Source: Fibrobacteria bacterium (GTDB lineage: Bacteria > Fibrobacterota > Chitinivibrionia > Chitinivibrionales > FEN-1185). Taken from it: 64,000 nucleotides of DNA. Positions within the stretch are counted from its first letter, which is position 1. Each line of letters opens with the position of its first letter. The stretch spans positions 64,001-128,000 of the forward strand of contig JBBIGR010000007.1 of the NCBI GenBank assembly GCA_037447435.1. Reading direction: 5' to 3'. Below are positions 19,396 through 28,738 of this stretch, one piece after another. The translations under genes and the position numbers were made by a program. A model generated the notes under the pieces. The model did no database searches, was not told the DNA's origin, and saw nothing but the letters and a program-made list of their open reading frames with translations.

Positions 19396-20223
19396 ATGAA
19401 AAAAATCAATATCCCCGCACTTAAAGATTTTCTTTCGATTTTCAGCAAATACGGAGATCCTGGCGAGCGGTATGTGGTGCAGGCCTACAAACGAATGTGT
19501 ATTACAAAACAATTTGCTCTTGAGAAACAGGAAAATCCGCAAAATTTAAAACTGCTTGATATCGGCGGGCACTGGTTGCACAGCAGCGTGCTGTATGCGA
19601 TGGACGGTGTTTCCGTGACTGCGGGCGAAGTTGCGGCAATTGATGAATTTTTGACAAGTCCGATGATCTCGAATGTGGCAAAGGAATTTAGGATAAAACA
19701 GATCACTTATAAAGATTTGAGTAACCCCATCGAATTGGGGATCTTGCCGACGGACTCGTTCGACATAATTCTGTTTTGTGAAATTCTTGAGCATATTACT
19801 TTTAATCCGGTAAAAATGTGGACCGAATTATATCGCGTTTTGAAACCGGGCGGCAGGATAATTGTCACGACTCCCAATTTTTTCTATATAACAAATTTAA
19901 TCAATAATTTTGCAAAACCGTTTTTTGGTAAAAGTCCGGGGCTTTCGGTTCGCGAAATCATAGGGCAAAACACATTCGGCCATCACTGGAAATTGTATTC
20001 TGTCAAAGACATTACAGATTACTTCAAACTTCTTTCGCCCGACTTTGTGGTGTCGCGGTCCGAATATTTTACCTATACGCCATGTAATACTTTGTCGCCG
20101 CTGCGTCTGCTAAAAAGGGCCGTCGAGTTTTCCGTAAAGCAGTTCCGCGAGGCATTATACGTCGAAATACTGCTTCCGAACAAGGATAACGGCATTACTG
20201 CAAAACCTGCTTGGTGGATTTGA
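19396..20223 (+). CDS. Class I SAM-dependent methyltransferase
   Basis: LLDIGG, FDIILFCEILEH, RVLKPGGRIIVTTPN. Confidence 0.88.
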   Translation: MKKINIPALKDFLSIFSKYGDPGERYVVQAYKRMCITKQFALEKQENPQNLKLLDIGGHWLHSSVLYAMDGVSVTAGEVAAIDEFLTSPMISNVAKEFRIKQITYKDLSNPIELGILPTDSFDIILFCEILEHITFNPVKMWTELYRVLKPGGRIIVTTPNFFYITNLINNFAKPFFGKSPGLSVREIIGQNTFGHHWKLYSVKDITDYFKLLSPDFVVSRSEYFTYTPCNTLSPLRLLKRAVEFSVKQFREALYVEILLPNKDNGITAKPAWWI

Positions 20224-20230
20224 TTGTTTT

Positions 20231-21124
20231 TCAAGTTCCCCAAAAATCGTAAAAGTTGAACCACTGATAGGGTTGTTCCTTGACAATTTGCTCGAGGATG
20301 CCCACGTAGCGTTCCATGGCGGTAAATATTATTTTGTCGCGGTTTTCCCGGGTCACTCCGGTAAACTGCATGGGCGCAAACGCCTTGAAAACATATTTTT
20401 TGAGGCCTCGCTTCGTGACCACAATGGGAATTATCGGCGCGCCGGTAGCCGCTGCAATGGCAAAGGGGCCCATGGGGAACGCCACATCGGCTCCCAGGAA
20501 ATTGTGAACAGCGCTTTTTTGCCCCATGGTCCTGTCGCCGTGCATGCACACGAGCCCGTTTGCGGAAAGAGCGTTTTTGACCGCGATCATGAGCGCCAAA
20601 CCGTCTTCGCCAACAATAATGGGCTTGGCGCGCCGGTTTTCCATGGCGCTTTTTTCAAGCTCTCTCATGTCGTCGCGTTCCTTATCGACCATCACGTAAT
20701 GGATGTCCGCCTTGATGCGATCGGAAAGCAAATTGCCCGCAAGTTCCCAATTGCCTATATGCGCTCCCAGTAAAATTGCGCCGGTCTTATTGTGCAACGC
20801 CTGCGTAATGAGATCTTCACGAATGGTTTCGAATGCGAAAAACGATTGCTTGTCGATCAAAAACGCGTACCGGTCCAAAAGGTTCATGCCAAAGGCGTAA
20901 AAATGCCTGTATAAAGTGAAAAAGGAGGTCTTCAAGCCGCAATGGGTCCTAAAATCGGTAATGTTCGTACCGGATTTTTTATCTTTGACCGTATAGACAA
21001 AAGCGACAAATACGAGCAAAGCATACGCGGGGAGCAGGCCGAACAGGGTAATGAGCTTGTAAAATATCCAATGGCCGAGTGAACTGCCCTTTGAAACGCC
21101 GTCCCATGTGTTTTGTTTGCCCAT
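20231..21124 (-). CDS. LpxL/LpxP-like acyltransferase (aryl-polyene/flexirubin-associated type)
   Basis: WDGVSKG N-terminus, AHIGNWE, GDR, FP.GPF.IA, PYQWFNFYDFW. Confidence 0.85.
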   Translation of the reverse strand: MGKQNTWDGVSKGSSLGHWIFYKLITLFGLLPAYALLVFVAFVYTVKDKKSGTNITDFRTHCGLKTSFFTLYRHFYAFGMNLLDRYAFLIDKQSFFAFETIREDLITQALHNKTGAILLGAHIGNWELAGNLLSDRIKADIHYVMVDKERDDMRELEKSAMENRRAKPIIVGEDGLALMIAVKNALSANGLVCMHGDRTMGQKSAVHNFLGADVAFPMGPFAIAAATGAPIIPIVVTKRGLKKYVFKAFAPMQFTGVTRENRDKIIFTAMERYVGILEQIVKEQPYQWFNFYDFWGT

Positions 21125-21125
21125 C

Positions 21126-21806
21126 TTACTTTGTTTGCGTTTTCCAATATTTTTGGATTTGCTGAACAGACGATTGTCTGCGCTGAGGATCGGTTTCCAG
21201 AGACAAATAGGCATTGAATTTCCCCTGCGCCTTTTGACCGTCCACAAAAGCGGTTGAATATAAAAATGCAAGGCGCAAGTTTGAAAACATGGCCGCCATT
21301 CTGGTCGTCGGATCCTTGGCGTTGTAAAGACCGTTTGGCGTCACTCCCAACGAAGACGTTGCGAATTGCGATGCTTCTTTCTCATAGTACGAAACCGCAG
21401 CGGACTGATTGCTTTTCGACAAGGCGATTTCCCCTAAAAGATAATGGGCCACGCCGATGGTCGAGTCGAGCCGCAAGGCCGTAACGCAAAACGTTTCGCT
21501 CGAATCCCGGTAAAGCGCGTTATTCGATGCTGCAAAAATTTGGAAATACGTCGCGCCCACCGCTGCCGCGATAGTGCATTGCTTTTCCCTGTTTTTTTCA
21601 GATGCCAATGCGCGCCGCGAATTGACAATTGCGTCGGTGAGGCTTTTTTGCACCGCCTGCGGCGATTGCTTCTCGAACGCGACGCTGGGAAATTCCTTGC
21701 CGAAATATTCGTATTTCATGTTCAGGCTGTACACGAGCAACGCCCAGACCGCAAACAGAACCGCGTATATGAACGGGTCGCTTTTTACCACCGCTGCCGT
21801 TTTCAT
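21126..21806 (-). CDS. Membrane-anchored TPR-like protein
   Basis: N-terminal TM segment; ALRLD...AHYLLGEI TPR pattern; overlaps the upstream glycosyltransferase gene. Confidence 0.6.
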   Translation of the reverse strand: MKTAAVVKSDPFIYAVLFAVWALLVYSLNMKYEYFGKEFPSVAFEKQSPQAVQKSLTDAIVNSRRALASEKNREKQCTIAAAVGATYFQIFAASNNALYRDSSETFCVTALRLDSTIGVAHYLLGEIALSKSNQSAAVSYYEKEASQFATSSLGVTPNGLYNAKDPTTRMAAMFSNLRLAFLYSTAFVDGQKAQGKFNAYLSLETDPQRRQSSVQQIQKYWKTQTK

Positions 21807-23395
21807 TGTTTTACCACCTTGTAAATTGCCGTGGGCGGATTGTTGAGTGCGTACACCATCTGGAAACGGTTCGGGAACGCCTCGATGGCCGGATACAGGT
21901 ATTGCCTCGTCGTCGAGGTCCAGTAAAAATTGTCGAATACGACATAGTCGACGCCGGAAGTGTCTATCACTTTCATGACATTATTGACGTCATGCGAATA
22001 CGGGTACATCACTCCCTGCCGCTGCGAGCGGACATAGAACAATTCGACTTTACGGTTCATGACAACCGTCGATTTCGGGGTGTTGTTACGCATCCAGTCG
22101 GCACAGCTGTAAAAGTTTTTCCAGTCCGGCCCGAGCGATTTCAACGTTTTTGAGAAATTGATTTGAAAAACAATGTTCGAAAGGCACAACAGGACGGTGA
22201 GGGCCCAGACGATGCCTTTGCTGGACAACGGGGCTTCCCGGTTGGTTGCGATAAGCGCCGTAAGCGTCTCTTTCAGCGATTTTTCCCGTTTGCCGAATGC
22301 AAGGGTCAACAGAGTTTCGACTCCTTGTAAAAGGAAAAAATATAAAAACGGGATAATGCCGGCAACAAACCGCTCGCTCGACCATTGCGTCTGCCACATC
22401 AAAAGGATGCCGAAATAAACGCAAGTGTAAAGCGACAGGACCTTCATGGGCCCGAACATGCTGCGCAGCCAGCCGACAAATATGAGCGCGACGCAGGAAA
22501 TTGACGTGAGCACGATCAATGCCGGCGGTCCTTCGAACGGGATGAGCGAGCGTTGAATGATATGCGTGGAATATTCCTGAATGTTTTGAAACACGCGGGT
22601 CACCAGTTCCGCAGGAGTCGCAAGCCCAAGTTCGGGATTATACGTATTTCGCTGCAATATGAGAACGACATAGGAGTTGTCCCATGTCGTCAGTTTATGA
22701 TAAATAAAAACCGAGACAGCCAGCACCGCGATATGGGCGAACATGTACCGGTATTTTTTCGAGATAAACGTGGCAAGCACCCACGAAACGCTGAATGCCA
22801 ACCCCACGCTGCGGCAATGCATGGGAAAAATGGAAATGAAAATCGTGAGCCAGAACAACCAGGCCTTTTTAGGATCGGCAATACTTTTTTCATACAGCAA
22901 TAGCGCGAGCAGTGAAAAGAACAAATACGGGATTTCACTCATGAGACTGGCGCCGAATTGCGAAAGCGTCGCACAGGTTGCACATAAAGCAATCATGGGT
23001 AAAATCAGGCTCTTTGAATACACTTTAAACAGGTAAAAGGCAAGCAAGGTGACCAAAGCTCCCAAAATGCCCTGGGCGATTTTGGCAAGCATGATGCTGC
23101 TCGAAATGAAATGCACAATGGCAAGCATTATCGGAAATACCATCGGGTAAATGTTCTCTATCGGCTTAGAAGGATGTTGAATTTGCCGATACCCTTGGCC
23201 GTCATGCAATGATTTTCCCAGGAGGTAATACCGGGCATCGTCACCGTTTGTCGATAAATCGGGCGTGAATTGTACTGCAAGAAGTAAAAGTTGAAGACAA
23301 ATGAAAAATTTTACCCATGCAGATTGCGAAACAGCAAGAAACAACGGCTTTTTCGCCGCTGTTTCAGGTTTTGACGCGGCTTTTGTTTTATTCAT
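21803..23395 (-). CDS. GT-C fold (GT39/ArnT-like) membrane glycosyltransferase
   Basis: GDDARYYLLG..L..GQGY, YP.VFP, SEIPY, ERF; many TM segments; start uncertain. Confidence 0.75.
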   Translation of the reverse strand: MNKTKAASKPETAAKKPLFLAVSQSAWVKFFICLQLLLLAVQFTPDLSTNGDDARYYLLGKSLHDGQGYRQIQHPSKPIENIYPMVFPIMLAIVHFISSSIMLAKIAQGILGALVTLLAFYLFKVYSKSLILPMIALCATCATLSQFGASLMSEIPYLFFSLLALLLYEKSIADPKKAWLFWLTIFISIFPMHCRSVGLAFSVSWVLATFISKKYRYMFAHIAVLAVSVFIYHKLTTWDNSYVVLILQRNTYNPELGLATPAELVTRVFQNIQEYSTHIIQRSLIPFEGPPALIVLTSISCVALIFVGWLRSMFGPMKVLSLYTCVYFGILLMWQTQWSSERFVAGIIPFLYFFLLQGVETLLTLAFGKREKSLKETLTALIATNREAPLSSKGIVWALTVLLCLSNIVFQINFSKTLKSLGPDWKNFYSCADWMRNNTPKSTVVMNRKVELFYVRSQRQGVMYPYSHDVNNVMKVIDTSGVDYVVFDNFYWTSTTRQYLYPAIEAFPNRFQMVYALNNPPTAIYKVVKQ

Positions 23396-23474
23396 CCTGA
23401 TAAAATACAAATTGAGCGGAAAATTCAAAACATGAATTTAAAAAAAACGAAATTTTCATGACCGTGCAAAAAGG

Positions 23475-26312
23475 TCAAGGCATTACCCTGGCCTTTACAA
23501 TATAAACGCCGTTGCCGTTCAAATCCACGAATTGGTCCTTGGAAACGGATCTTTTCAGCAGCTTTCCCGATATGTCATACACCGTAACCGCTTTTATTTT
23601 TCCGGAAAGCAGGCGGGGAAATTGGGCCTTGTTTCCATTGATTCTCATGGTCATCGAATAGGGCGGCATGGATAGCGTCGCTTTCGGAACCATGCCCGTT
23701 ACCGACGATAAAGGAATCTCTTTTACCGCACTGTTATAGCCTTCGATAAAAAGTTTCGGCGAATCCGATCCGAGCTTTGCCGCATCGAATTCTATGGTGA
23801 AATTCTTGGTTTCGCCTTTTAAAAGCGAAAAATAATTATCTGCAAGAAGGATGGGCAAAATCCGTTCCGCGGTGTTTCCCTTAGTTACTTTCAAACGGTT
23901 TGCAAAAGCAATTGCATTCGATGTCGGCGGGTTGGTTACCGAGACATCGATGAAAAAGCCGTCCCCGGATTTTTTTCCCGATGCCGATGCGACAAGGTCG
24001 ACTTTGGCCATTGCGCTCAGGCCTGTTGCGTATTTTAAATGCGTCGTGCCTTTCCAATAGAAGTTTTCGGAAACAACGGCATTGGCATTATCCGTAAGCA
24101 ATAATTTTATGAAATAGGTCGATGAAAGCGACGACGGAAACGGTATGGCAAAGCAATTGGCAAGGGTATTTGCCGTTACCGAGACGGTTACGGAATTGTG
24201 GTATTGCTGCGAACCGTCGTAATTGTAAATCCACGCCTCGGCTTTCAGGCCCGACATCGGCTGGCGGGAGGTGTTGGCGACCTTGACCATATCGCCGTTA
24301 TAGCTGTAGAAAATATGAACGGGCTCGCACGCCTTTTTTGCCGCCCAATACGCGCCCGTGGCCTCGCCGTAATAATCGTAAAGCTGCCACACGAAAATGG
24401 GAAACGGCGCCATGCTCATCCACACCATGAGGCCCGAGGCATTGTTCCACAAATGGTCGAGCCAGCCTTCGTAAAACGCCTTGTAATTCTCTAAAGACAA
24501 TAGCTGGCTTTTTTTACAGAAATCGTCTATTGTCGATGCGGTTCCGTATCTGCCGTCTATCGCGGCGGTGAAATTCGAAAATACCGCGTTACTCCAGGAT
24601 CCGTCGGGCGGGGCGGTGAAATGGTCGAGCCACAGTTTATTGTTTGTCGGCGGCCATTGGGAATTGGAAGGGATGAACTGGTTGACGCTTTCAAGTACCG
24701 GGACGACCGGCGTGCCTCCTTCGCTGCGCATACCCCAGGCAGGGAACCGCGCTTCGCCGGGATAACTCGGATTGCCGTCTGCGCCGCTGCCGGTAAAATA
24801 GCCCTTGACGTCTATGACCGTGTACGGCCCGCTTCCCGACGTACCGTTCGCGTTCGACCGGGGCTGGTATCGCCGGTCGTCGGCATCATAGGTTTTAATC
24901 GCATTTACAAGATATCCGTTCAGCGGTTCTATGGGCGTTCCCTCGTTTTCCCCGCACCACAAGGCGATGCAGGCATGGTTGCGGAAACGTTTGATCTTTT
25001 CGATTGCGCAGGTGTTGAACAAATCGCTTTCCTCCGCCGACACGCTGGTATAATTCCAATACCCGAGCCAGAAATCGTCCCAGACCATGATGCCGTATTT
25101 GTCGCAGGCATTGTAAAAGTCCTCGTCGAAAGTACAACCGGTCCAATTCCGCACGATATTGAAATTCAAATGAGCGTGCAGTTTTAAATGATCGTCATAT
25201 TGCTTTCCCCGGAGCCTGAACAGACATTCCGGCATTCCCCAATTGCCGCCTTTGCAATAAATTTTAACTCCATTGACGAAAAAATGCAGAACACCGCCGA
25301 GCGTATCGTAGGTGAATTTCCGTATTCCGAAAGAAATGTCCTTTGCATCGGAAACCGCATTGTTTTGTAAGACAGCGACGCTCACGGTGCAGAGGTCCGC
25401 CTTGCCGTACCCGTTGGGCCACCAAAGCCTGGGATTGGCAATCGTCAAGACAGGGTTTGTCGATTTGTCGAAAATGATTGTCCGTGTTTCGTTTGCGTTG
25501 AGGGAAATATCCTTGGAAATTGCGATTGCTCCGGGATAAAGGGTCGCGTTCAAAGTCGCATTTTGCGCTGCGGCCGAATTATTACGGACCGTTACGCGCA
25601 GTTCAAGATCCGCAGTGGCGGCCGCGGGTAATGCAAGGTCGCTTCGCACCCAGGGATCCACAAGAGACACTGCGCCGCTGGTGCTTAAAAAGACATCGTC
25701 GATGATTCCCTGATTTTGCCCCGGAACGGGCGGTACCCAATCGGTTCCTTGCGTCGCGTAAAACGTCGGGATTTTATTGTCGGTAGGATATGCAAGCACG
25801 GCCAGCGCATTCGGGCCGCTTTGGTTAAGCAGGGCGGTAATATCGAATTTGCCCCTCACAAGCACGCCGCGTATAGAGCCCAGTTTCGTGCCGTTCAGGT
25901 AAATGTCGGCGTATTTGTAAATACCGGCGAAATTGAGCCATACGATGCCTGCCGAATAACCCGCAGGTACGGTAAATTCGGTCCTGAACCAGAAATTGCG
26001 GTTATAGGTGTTTTTATTAATGGTAAATGCGTTGTCGGCATTTGTAAACTCTTTTTCCAAGCCGGCCGCGATATACGAGGCGATTACGGTTCCCGGGACA
26101 ATCGCGTTCACCCAGGCCGTGGCGTTATAGCCTTGCTTCGAAATGACCGTCCCCGAGTCGGGCACGTCGGCAACGGCGCGTAATTTCCAGTTTGTCGATG
26201 GGTTGCTGTTGGAAATCGAAAGCTTGTTCGGCGCAGCGGCACAGACATGGTCAACCCAAACCGCGGACGTTGCGACAATAAAAAATGCAATACGAAAACA
26301 AATTCTATTCAT
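23475..26312 (-). CDS. GH2 glycoside hydrolase (beta-mannosidase/CsxA-like architecture), secreted
   Basis: LWWPNGYG, FGIR, KGGNWG, CDKYGIMVWDDF, WCGENE, SEGG, DNYFSLL; T9SS-like C-terminus. Confidence 0.9.
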   Translation of the reverse strand: MNRICFRIAFFIVATSAVWVDHVCAAAPNKLSISNSNPSTNWKLRAVADVPDSGTVISKQGYNATAWVNAIVPGTVIASYIAAGLEKEFTNADNAFTINKNTYNRNFWFRTEFTVPAGYSAGIVWLNFAGIYKYADIYLNGTKLGSIRGVLVRGKFDITALLNQSGPNALAVLAYPTDNKIPTFYATQGTDWVPPVPGQNQGIIDDVFLSTSGAVSLVDPWVRSDLALPAAATADLELRVTVRNNSAAAQNATLNATLYPGAIAISKDISLNANETRTIIFDKSTNPVLTIANPRLWWPNGYGKADLCTVSVAVLQNNAVSDAKDISFGIRKFTYDTLGGVLHFFVNGVKIYCKGGNWGMPECLFRLRGKQYDDHLKLHAHLNFNIVRNWTGCTFDEDFYNACDKYGIMVWDDFWLGYWNYTSVSAEESDLFNTCAIEKIKRFRNHACIALWCGENEGTPIEPLNGYLVNAIKTYDADDRRYQPRSNANGTSGSGPYTVIDVKGYFTGSGADGNPSYPGEARFPAWGMRSEGGTPVVPVLESVNQFIPSNSQWPPTNNKLWLDHFTAPPDGSWSNAVFSNFTAAIDGRYGTASTIDDFCKKSQLLSLENYKAFYEGWLDHLWNNASGLMVWMSMAPFPIFVWQLYDYYGEATGAYWAAKKACEPVHIFYSYNGDMVKVANTSRQPMSGLKAEAWIYNYDGSQQYHNSVTVSVTANTLANCFAIPFPSSLSSTYFIKLLLTDNANAVVSENFYWKGTTHLKYATGLSAMAKVDLVASASGKKSGDGFFIDVSVTNPPTSNAIAFANRLKVTKGNTAERILPILLADNYFSLLKGETKNFTIEFDAAKLGSDSPKLFIEGYNSAVKEIPLSSVTGMVPKATLSMPPYSMTMRINGNKAQFPRLLSGKIKAVTVYDISGKLLKRSVSKDQFVDLNGNGVYIVKARVMP

Positions 26313-26357
26313 GGTCCCCTCCATAAAATGAATATTATTCGATGCGATGCGGATGTT

Positions 26358-27365
26358 TCAGCAAATTCTCGGCAACAGTTCTCCCGGCGGCATCTCGACA
26401 GGGCGAGTACCGCCAATCGACGTTTTTAACAAAACGGGAAACCGGTCTTTTTCAACAACATGCCCAATCACGCAGGCGTCTTTTGCATTCGGAAAAACCC
26501 GCAGAGCCGCAACCGCTTTGTCGGCCCAGTCCGCAGGTACAATGATTGCAAACCGACCTTCGTTGGCAATATGCAACGGGTCCATACCCAGAAACGAACA
26601 GGCTCCCTTGACAACCGGTGGAATCGGAATTGCCGATTCCTGCAACACGATACTGACTTTAGAATCGGTCGCGATTTCATGCAATACCGCGGCAATGCCC
26701 CCGCGGGTCGCGTCGCGCATGACCCTGGTTTGGGGCACGGCGTCGAGCACCGCCTTTGCAAGCGGCCATAACGGCGCGCAATCCGATTCGGCAGCGGAGG
26801 CAAAATGCAGGTTTTCCCGTTGCGCAAGGATGGTTACCCCGTGCAAGCCGATGCCGCCGCTCACGACGACCGCGTCGCCCGGTTTTGCATAGGCAGCAGA
26901 CAGCGAAATACCGACCTGGACAATGCCGATTCCGGCGGTGTTGATGAACAATCCGTCGGCCTTGCCTTTGTCGACAACCTTGGTGTCGCCGCAGGCAATT
27001 TTTATGCCCATTGATGCGCAAATTTGCGAAAGCGAAGAGAGTATCCTGGCGAGTTTCTCAAAAGCAAATCCCTCTTCAAGGATCAGGGAAACCGACATCA
27101 GCATCGGGCGGGCACCCATCATAGACAAATCGTTGATCGTGCCGCATGCCGCCAGGGTGCCGATGTTGCCGCCGGGAAATTCCAAAGGAGAAACCACGAA
27201 CGAATCCGTGGTAAAGGCCAGTCTTCTGCCGGGAATGTCGAAAACGAACGCGTCTTCGAGAATGCCGGTGCCGCCGGGAATGAGCGCCGGCATCACAACG
27301 GTCGACAGTAATTCCTGTAACCCTTTTCCGCTGCCGTGCGAAAGCCGTACCGTGGTTGTCGTCAT
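26358..27365 (-). CDS. hypE: Hydrogenase maturation protein HypE
   Basis: TTDSFVV, GDTKVV, RDATRGG, ANEG, C-terminal PRIC. Confidence 0.97.
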   Translation of the reverse strand: MTTTTVRLSHGSGKGLQELLSTVVMPALIPGGTGILEDAFVFDIPGRRLAFTTDSFVVSPLEFPGGNIGTLAACGTINDLSMMGARPMLMSVSLILEEGFAFEKLARILSSLSQICASMGIKIACGDTKVVDKGKADGLFINTAGIGIVQVGISLSAAYAKPGDAVVVSGGIGLHGVTILAQRENLHFASAAESDCAPLWPLAKAVLDAVPQTRVMRDATRGGIAAVLHEIATDSKVSIVLQESAIPIPPVVKGACSFLGMDPLHIANEGRFAIIVPADWADKAVAALRVFPNAKDACVIGHVVEKDRFPVLLKTSIGGTRPVEMPPGELLPRIC

Positions 27366-27368
27366 GTC

Positions 27369-28454
27369 TTAAGCTCCGTATTTATAATAGGCTGCGCAGG
27401 ATCCCTCGCTCGATACCATGCAAGGCCCAACCGGGTTGCTTGGCGTGCACGACGTGCCGAACAGCGGGCATTCTACCGGTTTTATCCGTCCCTTGAGCAC
27501 GTCGCCGCAACTGCAGGCCTCGGGCATTTCGCTATCGTCAATATTTCCCATGCTGAACCGTTTTGTCGCGTCGAAAAAACCGAATTCGTCGGTAATCGTC
27601 AGCCCGCTTTGCGGCAATTTACCTATGCCGCGCCACAGGGCATCGGCGACGCGGAAAACCCGGTACACCAATTCCTGCGCCAGGGGATTTCCCTGCGGCT
27701 TCGCGATGCGCGTGTACGCATTGACAATTGCCGATTTCTTATGTCGCAACATGTCCGTCACCAGGAGAATTCCCGCCAAAATGTCGAGGGGTTCGAACCC
27801 GGTTATTGCCGAAGGCAGGCCCTGGTCTGCGAGAAATTGATAGGGCGTTTGCCCTATGATCGCGCTCACATGGCCCGGTAATATGAAGCCCGATAAGCCG
27901 AGCTGTTTGTCGGCGATGAGTATTTCCAGGGCAGGCGGCACGATTTTATGGGAAACGAAAAACGAGAGGTTTTGCAGGCCTTCGTTTGCCGCGTTCATAA
28001 TCGCTTTTGCCGAAGCCGGCGTCGTTGTTTCAAAACCGACCGTGAGGAAAACCACCTGCTGGCCGGCATGCGCTTTTGCAATGTCAAGGGCAATGAGCGG
28101 CGAAGTGACGATGTCGATGTCCGCGCCTTTGGATTTTGCCTCTTCAAGAGAAGTGTGAATTCCGGGCACGCGGATCAGATCGCCGTAGGTGACGATGCGC
28201 GCCCCGTACGATAACGCAAGGTCTGCCGCGGCATCGATATAGCTGCCGGGTGTGACGCAAACCGGACATCCTGGTCCCGAAATCAAATCGATATTTTTAG
28301 GTAATAATGAACGAAGTCCGAGTCTGCCGATTTCCATGGTATGGGTGCCGCACACTTCCATGAGCCGTACTTGTCCGAGGGATTGCGAGGCAAGGGCGAT
28401 TTTATCGAGCAAAAGTTTTGCGGTCGAATCATCGGAAAAATTAACGAATGCCAT
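27369..28454 (-). CDS. hypD: Hydrogenase maturation protein HypD
   Basis: MEVCGTH, GPGCPVC, GFETT, PGHVS, GPCMVSSEGSCAAYY. Confidence 0.97.
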   Translation of the reverse strand: MAFVNFSDDSTAKLLLDKIALASQSLGQVRLMEVCGTHTMEIGRLGLRSLLPKNIDLISGPGCPVCVTPGSYIDAAADLALSYGARIVTYGDLIRVPGIHTSLEEAKSKGADIDIVTSPLIALDIAKAHAGQQVVFLTVGFETTTPASAKAIMNAANEGLQNLSFFVSHKIVPPALEILIADKQLGLSGFILPGHVSAIIGQTPYQFLADQGLPSAITGFEPLDILAGILLVTDMLRHKKSAIVNAYTRIAKPQGNPLAQELVYRVFRVADALWRGIGKLPQSGLTITDEFGFFDATKRFSMGNIDDSEMPEACSCGDVLKGRIKPVECPLFGTSCTPSNPVGPCMVSSEGSCAAYYKYGA

Positions 28455-28677
28455 CTTTTTCAACCGCCTCCGCTAAATCTTTGAGTAAATCGAGCGTGAT
28501 CTTAGCCTCTTCCTCATTGTATTTCTGAATTGCAAAGCCGACATGCACCATGACATAATCGCCGACGCGGACTTCTTCTATCAAAGAAATATCGGCAGTG
28601 GTAATATTGCCGAGCATATCGACGGTGGCGATATCGCCGCTGATGGTTATCACTTTTCCCGGAACAGCAAGACACAT
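28441..28677 (-). CDS. hypC: Hydrogenase chaperone HypC
   Basis: MCLAVPG, GDYVMVHVGFA. Confidence 0.96.
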   Translation of the reverse strand: MCLAVPGKVITISGDIATVDMLGNITTADISLIEEVRVGDYVMVHVGFAIQKYNEEEAKITLDLLKDLAEAVEKDGIR

Positions 28678-28738
28678 GTGGCAAAATCCTTCTATTTGGT
28701 GAACTGTCGGACCGAAGCATTAAAATAATTCGTTAAAT

